Shown here: one piece after another, positions 1 to 6,703 of the stretch
How positions within the stretch are numbered: position 1 is the first letter of the stretch
How the letters are laid out: each line of letters begins with the position of its first letter
Assembly (NCBI GenBank): GCA_964622145.1
Contig: CAZUOK010000001.1
Coordinates: 1 to 42,348 of the forward strand
DNA length: 42,348 nt
Direction of reading: 5' to 3'
Source: Candidatus Woesearchaeota archaeon
GTDB taxonomy: Archaea; Nanobdellota; Nanobdellia; CAYMVK01; CAYYFB01
Notes under the pieces: model-generated
Told to the model about the DNA's origin: nothing
The model's input: the letters and a program-made list of their open reading frames with translations, nothing else
Database searches by the model: none
Translations under genes and position numbers: made by a program

Positions 1-104
1 ACGAAGTTGAAGGAAGAGTAGGTTACAGTTGCTGGGCAATAAAAGAGATAGATAAGACCTGGATTAATGAAATAGATAGACTGCTAGAAAGACGGAAAAT
101 AACT

Positions 105-797
105 TTGATTTCTGTATACGATAACTACCAAGTAAATCCAGAGCTTATACCAGATTGGGGTTTTGCCACCATAATAAAAACACCAAAAGAAACGATATTA
201 TTTGATACCGGAAGGGATTCAAAAATCCTGCTTTCCAATATGAAAAAACTAGGTATTGATCCATCCTCAATCAAGAAGGTTGTTATTTCTCATATTCATG
301 GTGATCACTTGGGAGGATTGGAAGGTTTTTTGGAGGAAAACAGCAATGTTACTGTCTTCATTCCAAGCTCATTTCCCAGATCCATAAAAGATATGATAAT
401 TCAGAAAGGAGCCAAGTATGTAGAGGTTTCGGCTCCAAGAAAGATTTCTGACTTTGTTTATACAACTGGAGAACTATATGGGCCTCCAGAGGAACAATCT
501 TTAATTGTTGACTCAAAAGATGGATTGATAATTATTACGGGTTGTGCTCATCCAGGAATTGTGAATATTGTGAAAAGGGCCAAGGAGATCATGAAAAAGG
601 ATAAAGTGTATCTTGTTTTGGGAGGATTTCACCATCCCCCTTTGTCTTGTGTTAAAGAGTTTAGGGAATTAAAAGTCGAAAAGGTTGCGCCATCCCATTG
701 CACTGGTGATCTTGTAAGAGAAGCCTTCAGAAATGAATATGGAGAAAACTTCATTGAATATGGGGTAGGGAAGATAATTGAAGTTTATTATAAATAG
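105..797 (+). CDS. MBL-fold (metallo-beta-lactamase superfamily) metallo-hydrolase
   Basis: 230-codon ORF with the HxHxDH zinc motif (SHIHGDHLGG) and later GCAHPG and GGFH ligand-like motifs. Size and layout fit a single-domain MBL protein. The track start is TTG at 105. The same frame has no stop back to nt 3, so the true start may be upstream or off-window. Confidence 0.75.
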   Translation: MISVYDNYQVNPELIPDWGFATIIKTPKETILFDTGRDSKILLSNMKKLGIDPSSIKKVVISHIHGDHLGGLEGFLEENSNVTVFIPSSFPRSIKDMIIQKGAKYVEVSAPRKISDFVYTTGELYGPPEEQSLIVDSKDGLIIITGCAHPGIVNIVKRAKEIMKKDKVYLVLGGFHHPPLSCVKEFRELKVEKVAPSHCTGDLVREAFRNEYGENFIEYGVGKIIEVYYK

Positions 798-799
798 AA

Positions 800-872
800 A
801 GCCCCGGGCGGGATTTGAACCCGCGACCTCGGGCTTACGAGGCCCGCGCTCTACCAGCTAAGCTACCGGGGC
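800..872 (-). tRNA. tRNA-Thr (anticodon CGU)
   Basis: The reverse complement folds as a canonical cloverleaf: acceptor GCCCCGG/CCGGGGC, D-stem GCTT/GAGC, anticodon stem CGGGC/GCCCG, loop CTCGTAA (anticodon CGT), 5-nt variable loop, T-arm GCGGG-TTCAAAT-CCCGC, discriminator T. No encoded CCA and no intron. Stems are very GC-rich in an AT-rich context. Confidence 0.9.
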
Positions 873-875
873 AAG

Positions 876-1262
876 TTAAAGAACAACCTTCTTCTCAATA
901 TCCTCTATTGGTGCCTTCATTCCTGGAAATCTTAGGTGTTCATAATCATCCTGTAGCCTTACAATATCCTTCTCATCAAGCTTATCTCCTATCCAAACCT
1001 CAACTATCACTAATATATCATCCTTTGAAACATTTTCGACCCTGTGTATTTCTTTCCTATTCACCTTCACAAAATCTCCTTTTTTTATTTTGATCTTCTT
1101 TTCCCCAACCGTAGCTATTCCTTCCCCATGGACAACTATCCAGTATTCCTCCCTAAAATTGTGATATTGGAGGCTTGTTCTTTGTCCAGGATATATGTAA
1201 AGTTCCTTTACAACGTACTCCTCCGCCTTGTGTAACACCTTATACTTTCCCCACGGAAGCAT
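876..1262 (-). CDS. Cupin-domain protein, type II phosphomannose-isomerase-like (mannose-6-phosphate isomerase C-terminal cupin type)
   Basis: 128-aa ORF with the cupin metal motifs SLQYHNFREEYWIVVHG and IHRVEN, followed by IVEVWIGDKLDEKDIVRLQDDY. That block closely matches the conserved EVQ-G-x-YL-x-EDDIVR-x-D-x-Y block of PMI type II cupins. Confidence 0.8.
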   Translation of the reverse strand: MLPWGKYKVLHKAEEYVVKELYIYPGQRTSLQYHNFREEYWIVVHGEGIATVGEKKIKIKKGDFVKVNRKEIHRVENVSKDDILVIVEVWIGDKLDEKDIVRLQDDYEHLRFPGMKAPIEDIEKKVVL

Positions 1263-1300
1263 ATCTTTAGATTAGAATGTTACAAAAAATAAAGTTTTCG

Positions 1301-1315
1301 AAAAGAAAAAACAAA
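1301..1315 (-). terminator. Oligo-T tract (possible archaeal terminator of the 1324..2040 gene)
   Basis: The minus strand reads TTTGTTTTTTCTTTT within about 25 nt after the TGA at 1324-1326. Archaeal RNAP commonly terminates at oligo-T runs. Confidence 0.35.
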
Positions 1316-1323
1316 TGGCAAGA

Positions 1324-2040
1324 TCACACAAGTTCTATCCAGACATAGTATGTTGTCGTTGCTGTATCCCCTCCCTCTCCATTCTCTGGTAATATTACTT
1401 GATAATTCACCATTGTTGTCCCATCGTATGCTACGTTGTATTCGCTCGTCTTTCCGCTTGTTATCCACTCCGTCTCTGCTACAAACACTACTTCTCCATC
1501 AACATTCAATGCAAGCGTGTACCAGTATGGAGTATATGTTGCTCCATCAAACTTGTACGTCTGTGCAGCAATCGTTGTTATACCGGACCACGGCAGTGAA
1601 TAGGAATCATATGTTCTTGTTGTTGTAAACGTTGCACTACAATCATCACTCTTTCCTTGCAAGAACGTATATTCACCTTCCACATCAGAACAGGTTGCTG
1701 AGGTTGCTGTTGCAGACCAGTTTATGAAGTTGTCATTGTCAAAGTATACATACACTGCCTTTGCTACCCACTCATACAGCTTGTAACCAGATGCATCTCC
1801 AAGTATCAATTTACCCGTTGCATTACCAAACACACCAGCCCAGTGATACGTTGATTGGTTTGTTGTTATGTTTGCCAGTGTTACATTTCCTGCCTCCACC
1901 TTCACAGTACCTGGGGATGGTGGTGGATACTCCCCCTTGTTTTCTGTGTATTCTGGTGATGCTCCTCCTGGTACTGCTGCAAACACTCCTGCCACCAACA
2001 CTGGTGCTAATAAGAGTAGGGCTAAAACTCTTGGATTCAT
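1324..2040 (-). CDS. Small secreted protein S1 (S-module family; paralog of 35760..36449)
   Basis: 238 aa with a Sec-type signal peptide (MNPRVLALLLLAPVLVAGVFAAV). It carries several NxS/T sequons, is beta-rich, and has no TM anchor. Collinear similarity to the 35760..36449 product includes PGTV-x3-AGNVT, W-x-G-x-[FW]G-x-[AV][ST]G-x-[LI][IV]LGD[AS]SG, and the C-terminal YQV[IL]...T-x-Y-x-[WY][IL]EL. Confidence 0.85.
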   Translation of the reverse strand: MNPRVLALLLLAPVLVAGVFAAVPGGASPEYTENKGEYPPPSPGTVKVEAGNVTLANITTNQSTYHWAGVFGNATGKLILGDASGYKLYEWVAKAVYVYFDNDNFINWSATATSATCSDVEGEYTFLQGKSDDCSATFTTTRTYDSYSLPWSGITTIAAQTYKFDGATYTPYWYTLALNVDGEVVFVAETEWITSGKTSEYNVAYDGTTMVNYQVILPENGEGGDTATTTYYVWIELV

Positions 2041-2062
2041 GTTGAAAACCCCTCAAATAATC

Positions 2063-2070
2063 TATATAAA
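2063..2070 (-). promoter_or_regulatory. TATA box (TTTATATA) for the 1324..2040 gene
   Basis: The minus strand reads TTTATATA centred about 27 nt upstream of the ATG at 2040. This is the spacing expected for a leaderless or short-leader archaeal transcript. The same octamer at the same spacing precedes the paralog at 35760. Confidence 0.5.
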
Positions 2071-2154
2071 GCTTTGCTTTTTCTATTACCATTGAGAAAA
2101 GTACCTTCCTCACTATTCAGGAGATAAAAAAGTCAAAACCTTGTGTAGAAACAC

Positions 2155-2162
2155 TTAAATAT
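2155..2162 (+). promoter_or_regulatory. TATA-like box (TTAAATAT) for the 2186..3829 gene
   Basis: An A/T octamer centred about 27-28 nt upstream of the ATG at 2186. No Shine-Dalgarno-like purine run lies in between. Confidence 0.4.
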
Positions 2163-2185
2163 TTGTCATCTCATAGCATGCATCA

Positions 2186-3829
2186 ATGCTAAAGAAAACA
2201 CTACTAGCACTTTTTTTGGTTCTTGCACCAACTTTCTCGCAGATAGTTGTAATAAACTCAAAAGACTGGAAAGATGTATATTCGGGTATACTTTACGCCC
2301 ATTACATGGGATATCCTGTCTACTTTGCGACCTCTCCAAATCCCCAGGGGCTGTTTAACATCCTTCCAAAGAGGGATATCATCTTAATAGAATCCAACAA
2401 TCCCATGGTATCAAACCTTGAATCCCAGTTAAGGACAAGAGGCTATAATATTATAAGAACAATAAGAGTAAGAAATGCTAACATAGAGCTCATACCCTTA
2501 GTTGTGGACAAGTTTGTTGTAGTAGAGGAAGATTTTCCCTACCTTTCAATACCTGCAGCCCCCCTAGCAAGAGCGATGAATGGATGGGTAATAATTGTCA
2601 GTGATAATAACTTGAACGATGTTGTAAGGATTCTATCTAATGCATCAGAAGTTATCTTGGTTGGAGTGTTCAAAAGAAACATATACAACGCAATATCCCC
2701 GTATGCTACGAAGGTCATAGAAGGAACTTCAAAGTATAAACTTTCTCTTGACATTGCGGAGGAGTTTATGAAGATAAAGAAGGTCAAGACAGCTCTAATA
2801 AGCGAAGGAAAATATATAGAACCCCAACTCCTCTACGGAGCATCTCCAGTTCTCCTAACAGGTACAAACTATCTACCTGAGGGCCTTATAGAATTTCTTG
2901 AGAGGCACGGGATAAAGAGCGTTACCGTTATAGGACCACAACTAACATACATTGGAGAACAGATAAGAGAAAAGACGAACAAAGGGGTATCGGTATATGT
3001 AAAGTTCGGAATGTCAACACCTGGAATAAGTCCCAGGATATACGCCATTGCGATGTTCCCCCTACCAACCCCAAACCTAAATCTAACCGTCAACGACACA
3101 GTGTACAATCCGAAGGAAAAGAAGTTGTACATAAACTTCAGAAACTTGGGAAATGTGGGTCTTTTCTCATTTACAACATTCAGGGTAATAGATGAGAACG
3201 GAAACGAAATTGCAAGTGGAGGAGATGAGGAACCGTTGTTTATAGGAGCAGGAGAAAGCCTTTGGAAAGGATACGATGTGAACATTCCACCACCCTACGA
3301 AAACAAAACAATTGAGCTATACGTATCATATGGAGAGAGTCCTGAGAACATGATGTCATACCTAACGGAAAGGGGGAGGTTTGGACCACCTCTAAGCCTT
3401 CCCCTAAAGGTATCAGAAATTGAGGACAAATCCGAACTAGAAATTGTTGATGTAAGGTACAATACTTTGAGAGACAGGTTTGAAATATTTGTGAAAAACC
3501 TTGGAAATGTTAAGGCATATGGGATAGTAAAACTGAAGGATGTCAGTGTGGGGGGAATAAAGAAGTCATTTAGCTCAGAAGTCTTTGATGTTGCCCCTGG
3601 GGAGGAGAGAAGGATAATTGTAAAGGAAAGTCTTGATGAATACGACCTTGAGGAAAACAAGATTGTGAAATTGGAGCTTGATTATGGTGAAAATCCAGAC
3701 TCACTGATAAAATACAAAGTTTATGAGATGGAATTAAAGATACATAAAGGAATACCGATGATAATAATCCTGGCACCGGTACCCGTAATCGCAATAGTGA
3801 TCTTCTTGTTCTTAAAGAAAATCTTATAA
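2186..3829 (+). CDS. Membrane-anchored surface protein P1 (signal peptide, alpha/beta N-domain, two CARDB-like Ig modules, C-terminal TM); paralog of 10123..11769
   Basis: 547 aa with signal peptide MLKKTLLALFLVLAPTFSQ. The N-domain starts IVVINSKDWKDVYSG, which is reminiscent of cell-wall-binding-repeat-2-like folds (unverified). Ig/CARDB-like stretches are NLTVNDTVYNPKEKKLYINFRNLGNVG and LEIVDVRYNTLRDRFEIFVKNLGNVKA. The C-terminus has TM helix IPMIIILAPVPVIAIVIFLFL plus a KKIL tail. Confidence 0.85.
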   Translation: MLKKTLLALFLVLAPTFSQIVVINSKDWKDVYSGILYAHYMGYPVYFATSPNPQGLFNILPKRDIILIESNNPMVSNLESQLRTRGYNIIRTIRVRNANIELIPLVVDKFVVVEEDFPYLSIPAAPLARAMNGWVIIVSDNNLNDVVRILSNASEVILVGVFKRNIYNAISPYATKVIEGTSKYKLSLDIAEEFMKIKKVKTALISEGKYIEPQLLYGASPVLLTGTNYLPEGLIEFLERHGIKSVTVIGPQLTYIGEQIREKTNKGVSVYVKFGMSTPGISPRIYAIAMFPLPTPNLNLTVNDTVYNPKEKKLYINFRNLGNVGLFSFTTFRVIDENGNEIASGGDEEPLFIGAGESLWKGYDVNIPPPYENKTIELYVSYGESPENMMSYLTERGRFGPPLSLPLKVSEIEDKSELEIVDVRYNTLRDRFEIFVKNLGNVKAYGIVKLKDVSVGGIKKSFSSEVFDVAPGEERRIIVKESLDEYDLEENKIVKLELDYGENPDSLIKYKVYEMELKIHKGIPMIIILAPVPVIAIVIFLFLKKIL

Positions 3830-3853
3830 TTAAAATGAGGTGTTAGGTATCTC

Positions 3854-4285
3854 ATGCAGATGGTAGATGTGATAATGATAATCTCCTTTTCAATCATTCT
3901 CTTCCTTCTTTACAGAAAGTTGACTGATATTGAAAGGAAAATGAGGAGGTTTGAGAAAGCTATAAAGGAGATATCCGTAGAGGTCATTGCAAGCAAGATA
4001 TCGCAGTCTGATGAAGACTTTCAAAGCATAATATCCTCTCTAAGTGAGAGATTGCTTGAAATGATAAAGGAAAAGTATGGTTTGGAAGGCGTGATGACCT
4101 TAGAAGAGATGAAGAAGAGGGTTCTTTCAAAAGACATTCCCGAGGAGGAAAAGATGGATCTGGCACAGTTTTTGGATTACTTGATGTACATGGAGTATTC
4201 TCCAAAAGGTATGGATAGAGAACTTAGAGAAAAGATGAAGAATGTTGTTTCTAGAATACTTAGGAGGTTAGGTGAAGAGGGTTGA
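3854..4285 (+). CDS. Small membrane protein (N-terminal TM helix plus charged helical, coiled-coil-like domain)
   Basis: 143 aa with an N-terminal hydrophobic helix (VIMIISFSIILFLLY) followed by a K/E-rich helical sequence. GAGGTG lies about 12 nt upstream of the ATG. The gene is 24 nt downstream of 2186..3829, so it is probably co-transcribed. No family recognised. Confidence 0.6.
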   Translation: MQMVDVIMIISFSIILFLLYRKLTDIERKMRRFEKAIKEISVEVIASKISQSDEDFQSIISSLSERLLEMIKEKYGLEGVMTLEEMKKRVLSKDIPEEEKMDLAQFLDYLMYMEYSPKGMDRELREKMKNVVSRILRRLGEEG

Positions 4286-4470
4286 GAGGACAACTTATAG
4301 ACCTCCTTGAGATCCCTAAAGAAAAGAAAAAGAAGGAAAAGAGAAAGAAAGAGAAGAAAAAAGAGAAAGGAGTTTCAGTTCTCAATGTAATAAAGGAAAG
4401 TAGGAAGGTGCAATTCTTCATAGCCGTTGAGGTTCTTTTGACAATCATTCTATTCTACTTCTTCTTCTAA
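4282..4470 (+). CDS. Doubtful small ORF: Lys/Glu-rich segment plus C-terminal hydrophobic helix
   Basis: 62 codons with a TTG start overlapping the stop of 3854..4285. The KEKKKKEKRKKEKKKEK segment is just the translation of a 55-nt polypurine tract. The C-terminal FFIAVEVLLTIILFYFFF is TM-like. The 3' end overlaps the convergent gene 4445..5893 by 26 nt. Confidence 0.25.
   Translation: MRGQLIDLLEIPKEKKKKEKRKKEKKKEKGVSVLNVIKESRKVQFFIAVEVLLTIILFYFFF
4318..4372. repeat. 55-nt uninterrupted polypurine (A/G only) low-complexity tract
   Basis: Read directly: aaagaaaagaaaaagaaggaaaagagaaagaaagagaagaaaaaagagaaaggag. It lies between convergent genes. Confidence 0.9.
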
Positions 4471-5893
4471 CCTCCCTGTATATCATCCATATCGTTAATA
4501 TTGTCCAGAAGATGTAAGATATTAGAAAGATATAGAAGGGAGGTATTCCAACCTTTACGGGAGGCTTCTTCTCAACGATCTCTATGATTACAGGATATAC
4601 CCCAACAACCCCTTCGTCGGACTCAAACACGTATGCTCCAGCACACCTCCTCCCAGCTTCTAGAGTATAGGCGTTAAACACCATGCTCCTCTTCTCCCCA
4701 ACCTTTGAGTCATAACTTCCCAATATCTTTCCTATACAACCCTCTCCCCCAACAATCTTCAGTCTAATGTTGTGGAGGTCGTAATCTCCAGTGTTCATGA
4801 TTAGGAAAGAGAGAGGCACTATGGATTTCTCTGGAAGAATGAGGTACGGAACAGCTTCAAGTATCGTTATCTTGTACAACCTCTTCCTAGGTAAGACAGT
4901 GACCTTGAACACATCCACATCCAATGTTGCACCGGTTTCCTCAAGTATTGCCCTAACAGGGACCCAGTACTCTCCAGGTATCTCATTCTCATAAACCGTT
5001 ATGAATATTTCCCCAACAAATGACCTCCCAGCCGGAAGACTCTCTATTCTAAAGCTGTGGGCAATCCAACCTTTTCTTACTTCTGGAACAACGAGAATAC
5101 CTCTCACATCCGCATCCCCATAGTTTGTGACGTTGAAAACTATCTTAAAGACCTGACCCTGCTGGGCTTCAACAGTATCATTTAAAACGGTCAAATTTAC
5201 TTTTGGAGGGACGGCTGTGGTAACCGCTCCAGGTATTGCTGAGGGGGCTGGTGTTGGAACAGGCCTCGGTACAGGTTTTGGGACAGGCTTTGGTTTTGGA
5301 GGTATCTTTGTTCCAAAGGGTGCAAAAATTGAGAAGTTTGTAAGATTCGCTGGGAGGTATATCTCAAAGTTCACCATATCTATTCCTGTTTCCAATTTTA
5401 TCCAATTCCCAACCCAGCTCCCATTTACAAAGCTTCCATTATATTTTCCAATGAATTTTGGAAGCACGTATGTCTTGCTGGGATCTCTGAATTTGAAAGA
5501 TACCCTGTATGCCCAGGATTCAGAGGATGTGTTTGTTATAAATATCCACTGGGACATGTTTGTGTAGTTTGGTGGATCTGGAGGAGGGTTCTTAACATTC
5601 TCTATCTCCAGGTCCTTTCCCATCAAAGATAGGTTTGCGGTTGCAAAGTACACAAGATCAAGAATCATGTAACTATCGTTCTTTCCAACGATTTCAGAAT
5701 ATATATTATCCATCTTTATCCTTGATATCTTTGCAGAGGAGTTTGTTAGGTATATCCCCTTGTAGTTCACCTGCCCACTCGATCCAAATATCTTTACGTT
5801 CCTAGAATTTATGATACAAACACCACTGTTGAACTCCTGGACCCTAACATCCTTTAGGGTACATTCTCCACATTCCTTAAGATAACCCCACAA
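4445..5893 (-). CDS. Surface protein, probable C-terminal portion of a split beta-helix protein (PbH1-like repeats, Pro-rich linker, two CARDB/NEW3-like Ig modules, C-terminal TM anchor)
   Basis: 482 codons from a TTG start, with no signal peptide even though the protein is clearly extracytoplasmic. Starts mid-way in right-handed beta-helix-like repeats (TLKDVRVQEFNSGVCIINSRNVKIFGSSGQVNYKGIYLTNSSAKISRIKMDN). Other parts are the linker PPKPKPVPKPVPRPVPTPAPS, the Ig-like stretch NLTVLNDTVEAQQGQVFKIVFNVTNYGDADV, and the TM helix FYIFLISYIFWTILTIWMIY plus an RRRSR tail. Confidence 0.75.
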   Translation of the reverse strand: MWGYLKECGECTLKDVRVQEFNSGVCIINSRNVKIFGSSGQVNYKGIYLTNSSAKISRIKMDNIYSEIVGKNDSYMILDLVYFATANLSLMGKDLEIENVKNPPPDPPNYTNMSQWIFITNTSSESWAYRVSFKFRDPSKTYVLPKFIGKYNGSFVNGSWVGNWIKLETGIDMVNFEIYLPANLTNFSIFAPFGTKIPPKPKPVPKPVPRPVPTPAPSAIPGAVTTAVPPKVNLTVLNDTVEAQQGQVFKIVFNVTNYGDADVRGILVVPEVRKGWIAHSFRIESLPAGRSFVGEIFITVYENEIPGEYWVPVRAILEETGATLDVDVFKVTVLPRKRLYKITILEAVPYLILPEKSIVPLSFLIMNTGDYDLHNIRLKIVGGEGCIGKILGSYDSKVGEKRSMVFNAYTLEAGRRCAGAYVFESDEGVVGVYPVIIEIVEKKPPVKVGIPPFYIFLISYIFWTILTIWMIYREVRRRSRIE

Positions 5894-6702
5894 ACCCCCT
5901 CAGAGTAACTAAGATTTCCATCCCCATCTATTGTGTGGTTCCCAAAATCCACAACTATGTTCGAAACATTCTCCACAATTAGACAATCCGAACCCCTGTT
6001 CCAGGCACTTTGATTTATAATATAATAATATCCCGTCTCGTTTATTACGGTACAGGGAGGAACAACCTTTACCTTTAATGCTTGTATCCCATTTATTATC
6101 ACTTTGTCCCCCGTCTTAAACATGTAATCGAATGTTATATACTTCCTTGGTCTCCCAACCCCCTCCCTTACAGAAACATTATTCGAGACTATGGAAAATA
6201 TCAAATTCTCTTTTGTTGCATTTATTTCTCTTCCAAGATCATCGTAGACCTTCAGTACAATCAACCTTATCTTGTTCTCTATAAAATCGACATCAACACC
6301 AACAAGATAGCTCCCATTGAACGTTAATAAACCTTTCTCAAGAGAATTTCCTAAGAGAACTCCAACCTTCCCAGGATAAAGGGATTCAAAGACACTTAGA
6401 TCAACGTCCAAGATGGAACAGTTCCCTGATACATTGTATATCTGGGGTTTCAGGGAGGTTACAGGTATTGTTATATTCCCGGATTCTGAGTAGTACACCA
6501 CATCAATAAGCCTTCCAATATAACTTTGGTCTATTCCACATATCTTTAGAAGGATATTTGGGTTCCTTATCGTGTTATCAGCGTAAGATTGGCTTTTGTT
6601 GTCGTATAAAAGGTAACTCACAACAGTCCCATTCTTGAGTATAAAGGAGAAATTTAGGGAAAATGCAATTGGTAAAAACAAAAGCAATAATCCCTTCCTC
6701 AT
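5854..6702 (-). CDS. Secreted protein, probable N-terminal portion of the same split beta-helix protein
   Basis: 282 aa with signal peptide MRKGLLLLFLPIAFSL. The N-domain shares the block NP[DN]-x3-[EK]IC[DG]-x-[GD]Q-x-Y[VI]G with the 6704..8446 product. It ends inside beta-helix-like repeats (CLIVENVSNIVVDFGNHTIDGDGNLSYSEGVCGVILRNVENV). It overlaps the next ORF by 40 nt in another frame. Confidence 0.75.
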   Translation of the reverse strand: MRKGLLLLFLPIAFSLNFSFILKNGTVVSYLLYDNKSQSYADNTIRNPNILLKICGIDQSYIGRLIDVVYYSESGNITIPVTSLKPQIYNVSGNCSILDVDLSVFESLYPGKVGVLLGNSLEKGLLTFNGSYLVGVDVDFIENKIRLIVLKVYDDLGREINATKENLIFSIVSNNVSVREGVGRPRKYITFDYMFKTGDKVIINGIQALKVKVVPPCTVINETGYYYIINQSAWNRGSDCLIVENVSNIVVDFGNHTIDGDGNLSYSEGVCGVILRNVENVP

Positions 6703-6703
6703 C

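Noticed and set aside
815-1093. Plus-strand 92-codon ORF.
   Set aside because: It overlaps the tRNA-Thr gene and is antisense to the well-supported cupin gene. The translation is proline- and serine-rich with no motifs.
1324-2040. S1/S2 as type IV pilin-like (class III signal peptide) archaeal pilins.
   Set aside because: The N-termini look like ordinary Sec signal peptides with AxA-type cleavage (…SVPANA / …VFAAVPGG). They lack a short charged leader followed by a G/A-cleavage site and a long hydrophobic mature N-terminus. No prepilin peptidase or assembly ATPase is in the window.
1350-2113. Several ORFs opposite to or overlapping the S1 gene (1350..1628, 1399..1599, 1761..2045, 1823..2113, 1868..2095, 1280..1468).
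   Set aside because: S1 has a signal peptide, a paralog (S2) and a TATA box at the correct spacing. The alternatives have none of these and overlap S1 almost entirely.
3700-3829. PGF-CTERM or archaeosortase-type sorting signals on the anchored proteins (P1, P2, P482) and on the giant protein.
   Set aside because: The C-termini are plain TM helices with basic tails and have no PGF-like tripeptide. The giant protein ends in a soluble beta-strand-like sequence.
4260-4448. Minus-strand 62-codon ORF (…FFFSFFLFSFFFFSL…).
   Set aside because: It is simply the complement of the polypurine tract read as poly-Phe/Ser. No start context or plausibility.
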